64,000 nucleotides of DNA from an uncultured delta proteobacterium (GCA_963706575.1 CAVPNL010000008.1:96001-160000); one strand, 5' to 3'; numbered from the stretch's first letter, positions 52,070 through 62,125 are shown. The notes: generated from the letters alone by a model not told the origin. Made by a program: numbers and translations.

Positions 52070-53704
52070 TCAGATGTTATCATCGCTGCCGTCATCCAGC
52101 AAAACGTTTTTAAGTCGGTCGATTTCTTTTGAGACCGCTTTTTCGATGGTCTGCGTAACGATGGATTCGATTTTATCGGAAAAATTGTTCAGAATGATCC
52201 GTTCGATTGATTTTTCGATTTGTCCCCGGCTGGCACCTGTTAAGGCGGCTAACGAGCCATCCGCCGGCGGCTCCCCGGAGGGTTCAACATCAGTGGTCTC
52301 AATATCTTCTTCGTCGGTGTCATCGCCGGTTTCAGATACATCCGACCCGATCACCTCTGCTTCTGATTCAGCATCTTCATTGAACTCGGCCTCTGCTTCT
52401 GATTCATCGAAAAAAGTGGTTTGCAGCCGGTCGATTTTTTCTGAAATTTCATCGGTGTCATCGCCGGTCTCAGATACAGCCGATCCGATCGCCTCTGCTT
52501 CTGATTCAGCATCTTCATCGAATTCGGCCTCTGCTTCTGATTCATCGAAAAAAGTGGTTTGCAGCCGGTCGATTTTTTCTGAAATTTCATCGGTGTCGTC
52601 GCCGGTCTCTGATACAGCCGATCCGATCGCCTCTGCTTCTGGTTCAGCATCTTCGTCGAGCTCGGCCTCTGCTTCTGATTCATCGAAAAAAGTGGTTTGC
52701 AGCCGGTCGATTTTTTCTGAAATTTCATCGGTGTCGTCGCCGGCCTCTGATACAGCCGATCCGATCGCCTCTGCATCTGGTTCAGCATCTTCGTCGAGCT
52801 TGGCCTCTGCTTCTGATTCATCGAAAAAAATGGTTTGCAGCCCGTCGATTTTTTCTGAAATTTCACTTGAATCCATTTCAAAATCAAATTCTTCCGTACC
52901 GGATGACGCAGCTGTCATATTTATATCCGATTCGCCTTCAACTTCCAGGGCGTTTGTTAAATCATCTTCGAAATTATCATCGATTCGAATTTCTTCACCT
53001 AATGAATCATTGATGAAGTCTTCAAGTTCAGCATCTTCAACATCAGCACCGGGACCGTCAAACTGGATGATATCGTCTTCGATTTCTTCACGCACGGTTT
53101 CATCAGCCATTTCCGGGACGCTGTCTTCTTCTGTTAGGCTGTCTTCCTCCACGTCAATCAATTCCAGAAATTCTTCGTCGGATTCCAATTCCTCACCGAC
53201 ATCGGAGAGGGTCATCAACTCATTACTGTCTTCGGATAAGATGTCGTCAAATTCAGTGATCTCTACCACTTCATTGTCAGCATTGGCTTTCAGGGGTTCT
53301 TCTTCGTCCACCAGTGGCAGCATTTCAGTCTGGTCTTCGTCTTCTTCCTCAAATGGAAGTTTGTCAGCCAGATGGTCGACGTTTTCCTTATCTTCATCCT
53401 CCTCCTCAAATACAAGGTCATCGACCAGATGGTCGACGTTTTTTGCAACATCGACTTCTTCGCCGAAGACATCCAGGCCGCTGATTGTATCTGCAGCCGG
53501 TTCATCCGCCTGTATGTCTTCATTCACTTGATCATCTTGGTCGATTCCTGTCATTTTTGCCTTTGGCGGAGGCTTGACCTCGTCTTTGAGCTCGATAATG
53601 TCATCATCATCATCGGAGCCCTGATTCAAAGCCTCGCTCAGGTCAAGCTTCAGCTTTTTATCAGATTCTGGTTTTTGCGGAGGCGTTTTCTCGTTTTCAT
53701 CCAT
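52070..53704 (-). CDS. Highly acidic disordered protein with four 46-aa repeats and a C-terminal amphipathic helical region (PopZ / RomR-C-like)
   Basis: D/E-rich 544-aa ORF; DDIIEL motif; C-terminal IEKSIERII...IVTQTIEKAVSKEIDRLK; directly upstream of valS. Confidence 0.7.
   Translation of the reverse strand: MDENEKTPPQKPESDKKLKLDLSEALNQGSDDDDDIIELKDEVKPPPKAKMTGIDQDDQVNEDIQADEPAADTISGLDVFGEEVDVAKNVDHLVDDLVFEEEDEDKENVDHLADKLPFEEEDEDQTEMLPLVDEEEPLKANADNEVVEITEFDDILSEDSNELMTLSDVGEELESDEEFLELIDVEEDSLTEEDSVPEMADETVREEIEDDIIQFDGPGADVEDAELEDFINDSLGEEIRIDDNFEDDLTNALEVEGESDINMTAASSGTEEFDFEMDSSEISEKIDGLQTIFFDESEAEAKLDEDAEPDAEAIGSAVSEAGDDTDEISEKIDRLQTTFFDESEAEAELDEDAEPEAEAIGSAVSETGDDTDEISEKIDRLQTTFFDESEAEAEFDEDAESEAEAIGSAVSETGDDTDEISEKIDRLQTTFFDESEAEAEFNEDAESEAEVIGSDVSETGDDTDEEDIETTDVEPSGEPPADGSLAALTGASRGQIEKSIERIILNNFSDKIESIVTQTIEKAVSKEIDRLKNVLLDDGSDDNI
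52312..52864 (-). repeat. 4 x 138 bp intragenic tandem repeat
   Basis: TCGATTTTTTCTGAAATTTC recurs at 52431, 52569, 52707 and 52845. Confidence 0.9.
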
Positions 53705-53871
53705 ATTTTCACCGTGGTTAAAAAAAGTTAAAGGTAGCCGCTAAGCTACCAAAGCACTATTATTTTTAAGAAAATTATCATATGGTATAGTTTAAGTCAA
53801 GTTATTTGGGCGGGAGGCAATCTCCGGCAGGCCTTAAAAATAGAGCGTTTTTGCAACTAAAGGATGGATTT

Positions 53872-54616
53872 ATGCGCTATTTTTTTGTTGACTCCAAGGC
53901 ACTAAACATGCCCTTTGCTGCCATTGAGGGCTCCGAGGTGCGCCACATGAAAAATGTGCTACGCTTAAAACCGGGTGATAAGATCCGCGTGTTTGACGGC
54001 GAGGGATTTGAATATGATGCCAGCATACACCGATTTTTCGCCGATCGGGTTGAGATCAAGATTACGCACAAATTCCAGGGAACGAAAGAATCGCCTGTCC
54101 AAATCGGGGTGGCACAGGCGCTGTTGAAAGAAAAGAAAATGGATCGACTGTTGCGTCATCTCTGTGAGCTCGGTGTGACCCGATGGATCCCCTTTATTTC
54201 CGAGCGTTCCGTGCCCAGACCCGGCGAAAAACGGTTATCTGCCCGTACCCAAAGATGGAACAAGATCGTTCAGGAATCCTGCAAGCAATGTCGGCGGTCG
54301 AAGTTGCCCGAGATCATCAAGACCCTGACTTTTGAAGACGTTTTGGGCTATGGTTCATCCTGTGATCTGCAAATTGTCTTTTATGAGAATGAATCCGCTA
54401 CGCTCAAATCACTCATAAAACCCGATCCGCAGTCTGCCTCCCCGCAAGATTCTTTTGATTCTGGGGCCGGAGGGTGGTTTTTCCGATCAGGAAATCGAAA
54501 ATGCCCGGGCGGCCGGCTGTGTGGTCGCCGGATTGGGTTCCCGGATCCTGCGCGCTGAAACCGCTGCAATTGCCGCCTGCACGCTGATACAATTTCTATA
54601 CGGAGATATGGCCTAG
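53872..54616 (+). CDS. rsmE: 16S rRNA (uracil-1498-N3) methyltransferase; apparent +1 frameshift near 54442
   Basis: HMKNVLRL, ELGV, KQCRR; the +1 frame gives ILGPEGGFS...LGSRILRAETAA to TAG 54614-54616. Confidence 0.9.
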
Positions 54617-54760
54617 AAGTGGTTTCAGAATTCCAGATCAGGTTCAAGGGCAAGGCGTCAGGCCGGACGGGAAAGCGCAGCATACGTGGGTATGTGAGCA
54701 TTTACCGGAGGCCTGCAACGCAGCCATTGGGCCTTAGATGGGATTTTGAAACTACTTTAA
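54614..54760. mobile_element. MITE-like element, copy of 40977-41122
   Basis: TAGAAGTGGTTTCAG...CAGATCAGGTTCAAGGGCAAGGCG...GGCCTTAGATGGG...TGAAACTACTTTAA. Confidence 0.8.
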
Positions 54761-54767
54761 AAATATC

Positions 54768-54797
54768 TTGACAAAGAAGGGTGCATTTAATAAAAAT
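54768..54797 (+). promoter_or_regulatory. Probable sigma70 promoter for tRNA-Phe
   Basis: TTGACA at 54768 with an AT-rich -10 region about 17 bp downstream. Confidence 0.5.
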
Positions 54798-54839
54798 TCC
54801 ATTTTGAATTTAAGCTGAAAAATCAGTAAGATTCAAAGA

Positions 54840-54915
54840 GCCGAGGTAGCTCAGTCGGTAGAGCAGGGGACTGAAAATCCCCGTGTCGGCAGTTCGATTC
54901 TGTCCCTCGGCACCA
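54840..54915 (+). tRNA. tRNA-Phe(GAA)
   Basis: 76 nt GCCGAGG...CTGAAAA (anticodon GAA)...GTTCGATT...CCTCGGCACCA; cloverleaf with encoded CCA. Confidence 0.97.
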
Positions 54916-54922
54916 GGATTTC

Positions 54923-54956
54923 AGGCACTTACGAAACCATCGTAGGTGCCTTTTTT
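54923..54956 (+). terminator. Terminator after tRNA-Phe
   Basis: AGGCACTTACGA-loop-TCGTAGGTGCCT followed by a T run. Confidence 0.75.
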
Positions 54957-55266
54957 CGTTTAAAGGAGTCTATAAACGGGCACAATTCAGACTGCGTGCT
55001 AATTTAACCTAATGATATCACGCTAAAATTTGTTGAAGACAGGGGGATTTTCACTCTCCGTGCCTATGACTAGAGCAGCGTTTGAACCAGTATAGTGATT
55101 ACTAAGGAGGCTAGATCATTTCACCAAAAATTTATGATTATGATGGAAGGTGAAAAGAACTAAAATGAGATAGTTGAATCGGTGCCCTTTTGGAAGAATT
55201 TTTGATTTCCTCAATTCTCGGATGAGGCGGTCATAACGGATTCGTTAAACTGTTTATAATCTGAAT

Positions 55267-56214
55267 TTATACACTCACTTTTTTTTGAAGTAGCTTTGAA
55301 AAATCGTAGGTTCCGAGCCCCCGCTTCTTGGCCAATTTGATATACCCAATATTCTGCGGTTCTTTGCCAAAAAGCAAAGCCGCTTTGCCATCCGCAGCGA
55401 CCGGATCATCGCTTAAAATAAGCGTATTTTTTGTGACGACATCAGATGTGCTTCCACCTGAAGGACCATTTCTTGTTATGATTCGAGTGGCATCTATCAG
55501 TGTTATGGTAGGTTTGAAAAATTGGGCCAGATCAACAATATTTGGATGTATTTCTCTGTGGAGCGAACCGCGCCTTCCGCCAATCGCACCGAACCAATTC
55601 TTCATACCGAGTGTCAGGGAACTCAGGATGTGATCCTTGGCAACCGGCAGGTTGATGACCTTATCCGCCTCAATTATGGGCAAATAAACCGGCCAGACAT
55701 CCAGGCGATCCCCCTGCAGCTTCATCTCGCGCATTAAAGATGAATCGGGATTGATGAGTTCCGCTCCGGTTTTTTTTGCTACATCTGCTGCACCAGATAC
55801 AGAAAAACAGAATTTCGCATTTTCAATGGTATTATCAGCGATTCGGACCTTTTTGGCGCCCGCTTCCTGACAAAGCTCGATGACTGCCTGCAATACTTCC
55901 GGATTTGTGGTGGCAGCCATTTTCGGCGGTCTGGCCCAGGAGATATTCGGTTTGATGACCACCACATCACCTTTCGATACAAATTGCCTTATTCCTCCGG
56001 CAGCTTCAAAGACTTTTTGGGTCAGATCTTTGACGGAAAAATTATCTGTTTGACCGATGCCCTCGATAATAAATTTTTGGTTTGCGACCGTGGCCCTTGC
56101 CGCAGGCAATTCAAATAATGGCCAGCGGGCCATACCGGCAAGTGTGATGCACCCGGACCATTTCAAAAGCTTGCGAATTGATTCTCTGCGCGTAATCGGT
56201 TGATCAAATTTCAT
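55267..56214 (-). CDS. DUF362 domain protein with Tat-like signal
   Basis: TRRESI; VVIKPN, TTNPEV, INLPVAKDH, TLGMKN, DPVAAD. Confidence 0.85.
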   Translation of the reverse strand: MKFDQPITRRESIRKLLKWSGCITLAGMARWPLFELPAARATVANQKFIIEGIGQTDNFSVKDLTQKVFEAAGGIRQFVSKGDVVVIKPNISWARPPKMAATTNPEVLQAVIELCQEAGAKKVRIADNTIENAKFCFSVSGAADVAKKTGAELINPDSSLMREMKLQGDRLDVWPVYLPIIEADKVINLPVAKDHILSSLTLGMKNWFGAIGGRRGSLHREIHPNIVDLAQFFKPTITLIDATRIITRNGPSGGSTSDVVTKNTLILSDDPVAADGKAALLFGKEPQNIGYIKLAKKRGLGTYDFSKLLQKKVSV

Positions 56215-56358
56215 GGATTTCACCTCTTTCCCCAATCACTTCATACGCGGATCGGGATGATTTGATGAGCGCAATAAACCTTTTTAAATCCCCTTAATTT
56301 TGCCACAAAAGCGGCTAACAAACAGCAGACCACCGCATGTCTTTTCGCTAAATTGGGA

Positions 56359-57237
56359 TTATAGCAATAACTCGTGTTTCCAGCCATAATGTTGAATTTG
56401 AATTTGCTCCATCCGGCTGGTCCCCAATCCATAGACTTTATCAGCGGCTTCCACACAAATCGGCGGAGGAGAAAGGGGCCATGGCTCACCTCGGATGACT
56501 TTCCTTTTTTCAGTAATAATTTTTAAACAAACCGTTTCGACGGCAACCGGATCGGTCCCGGCGATGAAACCATTGTAATTCCATTGGTATCTTGGATCAG
56601 GCTGCGGTCCCTTGTCACAGAGCGGATAAAGCGAATCCACCAGAACCAGTTTTGTCTTGCCTTTGACAAACGGAAGGTTCCAGATTTCTCCTAACTTGGA
56701 ACTGTTACTTTTATGATAATTGCTGGGGCTGCCGGAATACATGATGTAGTTCTTTAGAACCGTGCCGATCCCGGTCAACCAGTGTGCTTTCAGCCCCGGA
56801 ATCGCAATTAAAGCGTCACATTTTTTGGCATTCCGCGAGCCCTGTGCATCTCGAATCCTGTCTTCAGGGATTCCGGAGTCCATCAATGAATTTTTGACAA
56901 CATGCATGACTTCATCATGCGTTGGATTCAGATGATCGGTGGGCACCAGGCCAATCACATCAGTCGGTTTGACAAGGCTTAACCAGGCATCCTTTGTATT
57001 CTTTTGACCTGTAACTTTGGTCAATGTTTCGGTAAGCATTTTCTCCAGGACGGTGATGTCTATATTTTTTGCAGAATCCATGGCGTTTTTATCGCGTACG
57101 ATGGTCACTAAACTTGCGCCCGCAGCTCTTGCTTCTCCCTTGGGCCACTGAAAACCGAAAACAGACGCACCGAGGGTCACTCCGATGGTTCCCCGGATAA
57201 AATCCCTTCTGGTTATGACCGGCATTTTATCTTTCAT
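56359..57237 (-). CDS. DUF362-like protein with Tat signal
   Basis: TRRDFIRG; PGLKAH..GIGTVLKNY; DPVAVE. Confidence 0.75.
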   Translation of the reverse strand: MKDKMPVITRRDFIRGTIGVTLGASVFGFQWPKGEARAAGASLVTIVRDKNAMDSAKNIDITVLEKMLTETLTKVTGQKNTKDAWLSLVKPTDVIGLVPTDHLNPTHDEVMHVVKNSLMDSGIPEDRIRDAQGSRNAKKCDALIAIPGLKAHWLTGIGTVLKNYIMYSGSPSNYHKSNSSKLGEIWNLPFVKGKTKLVLVDSLYPLCDKGPQPDPRYQWNYNGFIAGTDPVAVETVCLKIITEKRKVIRGEPWPLSPPPICVEAADKVYGLGTSRMEQIQIQHYGWKHELLL

Positions 57238-58262
57238 GATCCCTCTCCTTTCTTCAGTAAATTGGATTCATTTTTTTGAAGGATTACCCTGGCAGATTCC
57301 GGGTCAGGACATTCAAACACGATCGCAATATATTTGCCGAACAGTTTATATGCCAACCAGCCGTCCTCCAGTTTAAAAAGACTTGGGTTGTCAGCGGCTG
57401 TGTCGACCGTTGTTTTTTTCTTATACTCCGGTAGATAGGCATCATGAAAACGATTCAGGGCCTGACGCGCACGTTCAGGTTTTTCATATTGCACCAGCAG
57501 AAACTGACTGCGTTTTGGGTCTCCCGAGCCAGGAATGTGTTCATAGGGCGCAATAACGGCTTCTGCTGAGAGATCGAGATCGAGAATATTTTCATGACTG
57601 AGGTAATAAATTGAATTTATCACCAGATGGGAACGAAAAAAGCTCAATCTGTCTACCCGTAATTCCCAAACGGCGTTAATCGCAAGGGGTAGTATTTTTA
57701 CGAGTGCCGGCTCTGGTGGATACTGAGTATTGGCAGCTATTGCCTTACCGAGTGCAAGGACCGCTTCCTTTGATGCCGGCGTCTCACGTTCGGCCATAAT
57801 TCGGATATAAATATAATCAGACCATAACCTCAACAGGCCACCACCATAGAGCGCCCGGGTGGATGCTGTAAAGGATTGGTTTGATATAGCTGCAGGGGCG
57901 CCGTCAAAGGATACCGCCTCACCGCCCCAATCCAGGGAAAGCAAGCCAAACGCATCGTCGGGGCTTTCCATAAAATATAATTCCACCAGAATATTACCCT
58001 GGTCAGCAGAAGTATAATCAAAAACCTCAAGATGACGGAATCGATAGCCCAAATAGAGTTCACCGGCGCCATTCATGTATTTAAAAATGTTCTTTGAGTT
58101 AATAATTCGAGGCGATTCAGGTCTATTCCAAACGCCAACAGTTTTGGGAAGATTGGGTTTGTCCACATTCATTTTGCCAGATGCTCCCCCGCAGATGACG
58201 ATCGTCATCGTGATTGTTAGAAGGACGAAAGTTATTTTCAGAAAAAATTTCATTATGGGCAC
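57234..58262 (-). CDS. Exported protein, DUF6599-like
   Basis: Signal peptide; NIFKYMNGAGELYLGY...VELYFMES..DAFGL. Confidence 0.65.
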   Translation of the reverse strand: MPIMKFFLKITFVLLTITMTIVICGGASGKMNVDKPNLPKTVGVWNRPESPRIINSKNIFKYMNGAGELYLGYRFRHLEVFDYTSADQGNILVELYFMESPDDAFGLLSLDWGGEAVSFDGAPAAISNQSFTASTRALYGGGLLRLWSDYIYIRIMAERETPASKEAVLALGKAIAANTQYPPEPALVKILPLAINAVWELRVDRLSFFRSHLVINSIYYLSHENILDLDLSAEAVIAPYEHIPGSGDPKRSQFLLVQYEKPERARQALNRFHDAYLPEYKKKTTVDTAADNPSLFKLEDGWLAYKLFGKYIAIVFECPDPESARVILQKNESNLLKKGEGS

Positions 58263-58579
58263 TATTTTTATTTTAGTATTTCAGTTGCCTGCTTGGAGGC
58301 AGTCCGAGCTGCCAAGGGTTGCATTACTCATACCCGCGATTCTGGCAATCGATGAAATGTCAAAACCCTTTTTATTTTTATTGTCAACCATAATAACCCA
58401 AAATAAGCTGATTTCTGGGGTGTTCAAGTCAGGTAAAACAAATGAAATTGTGCCCAAACTGTGCCCGTCAAGGTCAAATATTTCCAAACAGTTCCAAACG
58501 AAACCAAAAATACGATTAAAAATTTAAATAGAATCAACTAGTTGTAATCACGACATTTTTTAATTTTCAAAAATTTGGT

Positions 58580-58606
58580 CTGAAAATCCCCGTGTCGGCA
58601 GTTCGA
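58580..58606 (+). repeat. Degenerate att site (partial tRNA-Phe copy)
   Basis: CTGAAAATCCCCGTGTCGGCAGTTCGA is identical to 54871-54897. Confidence 0.85.
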
Positions 58607-58969
58607 ATCTTCCATAGCACCTGAATGAAAAATTTCATATTTTCCTCTTTAGAAGATATAACTGATTGAATATTACCCTTTGGCCAACCAGGGTACAGAA
58701 TTTAACGTTTCTGGTGCTGATATTGAAAATTTTAAATCATATGTGGCCGGAAGTATCGCTGATATGCACTCTCTTTTGCTTGACGTGGGCTTATATGGCA
58801 GTTGTATCAGGTTTGCCGGCAACCGTTGCACCCGTTGGACTGAGCCAATGAGGTCTTCCAGCAGGTATTCAGATTATTGGGGCCAGATTCGAGGATAGGA
58901 CAACCATAGCCTTAGCTCAAGGTTTGGTGAGCTGATAGGTGGTTTCGTGCCTCCGCCAGGTTATGATAA

Positions 58970-59164
58970 TTAGCTCGGATAATCTTTATCAATGCCATTG
59001 AGCTGTCGAGAAAGCATTCGGCAGGCATAGGCCCGAGAGCCTTGGATATCCTCCACGTCGCTTCGGCTTTGTCCATTGGCGCCGATCGGTTTCTGATGCT
59101 CGATGACAGACAAACCCAGATAGCCGCACTTGCCGGGTTGAAATTAGAAAGTATTAAGAAATGA
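58970..59164 (+). pseudogene. C-terminal remnant of a PIN-domain (VapC-type) toxin
   Basis: Hand translation IFINAIELSRKHSAGIGPRALDILHVASALSIGADRFLMLDDRQTQIAALAGLKLESIKK*; in-frame TAA at 58967 and no start codon. Confidence 0.7.
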
Positions 59165-59812
59165 TGTATTCTCCGGAGGCGCATTAACACTTTTTATTCT
59201 GGCTTATCCGACAACCGCCAGAGTTAATGGCGACTTGTCCATTTCCGGCCCGAAGTTTCGTTTTGAGCACCCGAATCGTCGTACTCCGGCCCGGGCTTTC
59301 AAGAACGCAATGAGAAAAGGGGTCGAAAAGAAGTCAAGTCTTCGGTTGATTTTTCCCAAATGTCTAATCCCCCGTTCAGCTTGAATGCTGGCCAACACAA
59401 CAAAAGTCAACCGAAGACTTGAGCCGTAATCTGACCCGCAATCCGTAATCCTAATCTCTGGAGTGGGTGCTGCTTGAGCGGTTGGCGTAAAGCATTTGTA
59501 TCGATTTCCCCCTAAAAAAATGTTGATTTTCCTTTTTGGCTGCTGTATGGAACCTTCTGGATCGACGGCTTTTTTTACCAACAAGACCGTAAAGCTCAGC
59601 TCTTCACTTCCATCAAATTCTTCCAACGCGCTAAGCGCCGCCGATCGAAGTTCTTGACCGTCTTAAGGTGATAAGGGCGGGGCGCGCCCTTTGCTCAAAA
59701 CTGAATACTCATTTTCAGTCGCATACTGAGCTCCAAACGCTATGCATTCAGAACGATCTTTTTCCATCTGCTTCGTTTGCTGTTTTTCTCATACCGGAAA
59801 AAGGAAAATGCC

Positions 59813-62125
59813 ATGAAATCGGAAGAGGTATTATGTTGCGTCTGTGAAAAATCTTTCAGATGGATGAATGCCTACCGGTGTCAATATACCCCAGGCTCAG
59901 AGAAATATAATCCCCCCGGAACAGGGGACTATCGTCCACGGGCTTTTTGCCCACACTGCGGTGCGCTCGTGGCTCAGTGGCATGTCACGGCGAGCCGTGA
60001 CTTCAACGAGTGGTTGTGGTATGGACCCAACGACCGGGGAAACCGGGAATCTCCCCTGCCGCCCTCACCTTCGGCCGATGACTGGGGCCGTCCTATCCCG
60101 AATCCTTTCGTTCCCTCCATTCACCATAATGAAATAGAGTTAGACCAAATTAAGACCTTTACCGGGAAAGAAGTCTATCCTGCTGATGACGGGATGCGAG
60201 CAGCGGAGGATCGGGACAAATCGGTGCCTCAAACCACGCTTGCCGAGGAGGATGCCCCACCGCTGACGGAATCAGTCTCCGCTGAGGACCCCAGTCTGGT
60301 TGAGGAAGAGGGTGTATCAACCATCGGTGATGCCACCTTGGTCAAGGAAGGAACCTCCTCCGAAACGTTAGATTCCGACAGCATGCGGTTTCAGGAGGCG
60401 AGGCGGCCGATCAAGCCTCCCCGGGTTGACTCAGGTGTGAGTGAAAAAAAACTTACGCGAAAGCTGACCGCACTTCTCAGCGCCGATGTCAAGGGCTACA
60501 GCACGCTCATGGAGGAGGACGAGATTTCAACCGTTCAGATGCTGGTCGACTATCGTAATATCATGGCGGGACTCATTCGGCAATTCAGAGGCCGGGTGGT
60601 TGATTCCGTGGGAGACAACCTTCTGGCTGAATTCGCCAGCGTTGTGGATGCGGTCCAGTGTGCTGTTGAGATCCAGCAGGTGCTGACGGCAAAAAACGAG
60701 CTGCTGTCGCCTAACCGCCGGATGGAGTTTCGAATAGGGGTGAATCTGGGGGACGTGATCGAAGAAGAGGATCGAATTTACGGAGAAGGAGTAAATATCG
60801 CAGCCAGGGTCGAATCTTTTGCCAACCCGGGAGGGATCTGCATTTCCGGCAGCGCCTTCGAGCAGATCGAAAACAAACTATCTTTGGACTATGTCTACAT
60901 CGGGGAGCACAAAGTCAAAAACATCCGCAAGCCGGTCAAAATCTACCGCGCCCAGCTCGGCCATGGGCCGTCCGCTGATGTCGCCCGCATCGAAAAGCAG
61001 GACAAAAAAATCCGCCCCGGGCTTCTCGCACTGTCAGGGGTTTTATTTCTGGTGGCTGGCGGCATGACGTGGCATTTTTTCTTGCGTCCGCCGGCCTCCC
61101 AGATCCGATCGTCCGGTGTCAAGGAAAGCGTTTCGGTGAGCCCCCCAAAGACGGCCCCTGCTGAAAAAAAACAGACCTTGACAAAACCTTCGGAGATCTC
61201 GGCGCCCAACATCAGACCGGATAAGAAACGATTGACCGCAGTGGCCAAAAGCCCGGTATCGACGGGGATAGCAGACCCTGACTGGCAACTTATTCTGCAG
61301 GAGCTGGCCCAAAAGTTGCCGAACCTGTCTTCGGAAACCTATTTATTTTCCACCCGGGAAAAAGCACTGCGAAATGCCAGAATGATTGCGCTGACCCTCG
61401 TTGGGCCGAATCTTGGCGAGCTAAAGAAGAAGTTTGAGGAAAAGGGGTTCCGGGTCGCCATCATTCCCCAGTCGGAAATTGACAGAGCCCTTGAGACTTT
61501 GATCGTTGACGGCGTCGTCACCGCTTCGAAGGAGCTGACTGAAAAGCTCAAACGGGATTTTCAGGGAGGAATCGCGGTCCGATTGCATCCTGAACTCAGC
61601 ATAATGGACGAGAAAGCAGAGGGCAATGTATTAGACGGGTTGATATTCGCCGACCGGATCGAGGTGGATTTTGCACCGGACTGGGACCCCGACATCTGGT
61701 GGGCAGGAAAAGTCGTCGAGCAGCATACCAAAGAACAGCATCTGGCAAGCCTGGCTACATGGGGAGACAGGAGCTTCCGGAAGCATGTTGACCGAGATAC
61801 GAATCAGACCTCCGATATCCGCGTCATTTTTAAGGATGTCCCCTATGTGGACGATTTCTACGTGGTCATCTGCCCGCCCAAGGGGGGCGGATTCTACCAC
61901 GGTCAATGGTTTGTTGGGGACAAGCTGTTTCTGGACCGGCAATCCTATCAAAGCCATAAATTCCGAACGCCTGAATGTTTCAGGGTTCCAGCCTCCGCCA
62001 TCAACCATCAGCGTCAGGCGATCGTTCACGCTCGGGGTTTCAGAGGACTGTATGTTAATATTGCGGAAATCTTCTTATCCGACCGGGTGCTGGATGCCGC
62101 GGACATGGATACTCTGATGCAATGA
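59813..62125 (+). CDS. Class III adenylate/guanylate cyclase with N-terminal Zn-ribbon, single TM and large C-terminal domain
   Basis: CCVC...CPHC; RKLTALLSADVKGYS, VGDN, FRIGVNLGD, YGEGVNIAARVE; TM LLALSGVLFLVAGGMTW. Confidence 0.85.
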   Translation: MKSEEVLCCVCEKSFRWMNAYRCQYTPGSEKYNPPGTGDYRPRAFCPHCGALVAQWHVTASRDFNEWLWYGPNDRGNRESPLPPSPSADDWGRPIPNPFVPSIHHNEIELDQIKTFTGKEVYPADDGMRAAEDRDKSVPQTTLAEEDAPPLTESVSAEDPSLVEEEGVSTIGDATLVKEGTSSETLDSDSMRFQEARRPIKPPRVDSGVSEKKLTRKLTALLSADVKGYSTLMEEDEISTVQMLVDYRNIMAGLIRQFRGRVVDSVGDNLLAEFASVVDAVQCAVEIQQVLTAKNELLSPNRRMEFRIGVNLGDVIEEEDRIYGEGVNIAARVESFANPGGICISGSAFEQIENKLSLDYVYIGEHKVKNIRKPVKIYRAQLGHGPSADVARIEKQDKKIRPGLLALSGVLFLVAGGMTWHFFLRPPASQIRSSGVKESVSVSPPKTAPAEKKQTLTKPSEISAPNIRPDKKRLTAVAKSPVSTGIADPDWQLILQELAQKLPNLSSETYLFSTREKALRNARMIALTLVGPNLGELKKKFEEKGFRVAIIPQSEIDRALETLIVDGVVTASKELTEKLKRDFQGGIAVRLHPELSIMDEKAEGNVLDGLIFADRIEVDFAPDWDPDIWWAGKVVEQHTKEQHLASLATWGDRSFRKHVDRDTNQTSDIRVIFKDVPYVDDFYVVICPPKGGGFYHGQWFVGDKLFLDRQSYQSHKFRTPECFRVPASAINHQRQAIVHARGFRGLYVNIAEIFLSDRVLDAADMDTLMQ

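Noticed and set aside
52312..52864. CRISPR array
   Set aside because: The repeats are contiguous, in-frame coding units with no unique spacers, and no cas genes are present.
52074..53531. 485-aa Ser-rich + strand ORF
   Set aside because: Antisense shadow of the Asp/Glu-rich gene; GAA/GAT codons read as Ser-rich on the opposite strand.
59204..59700. Integron attC sites or the 140-aa ORF
   Set aside because: No convincing RYYYAAC...GTTRRRY paired structure, no integron integrase, and the ORF has no recognisable features.
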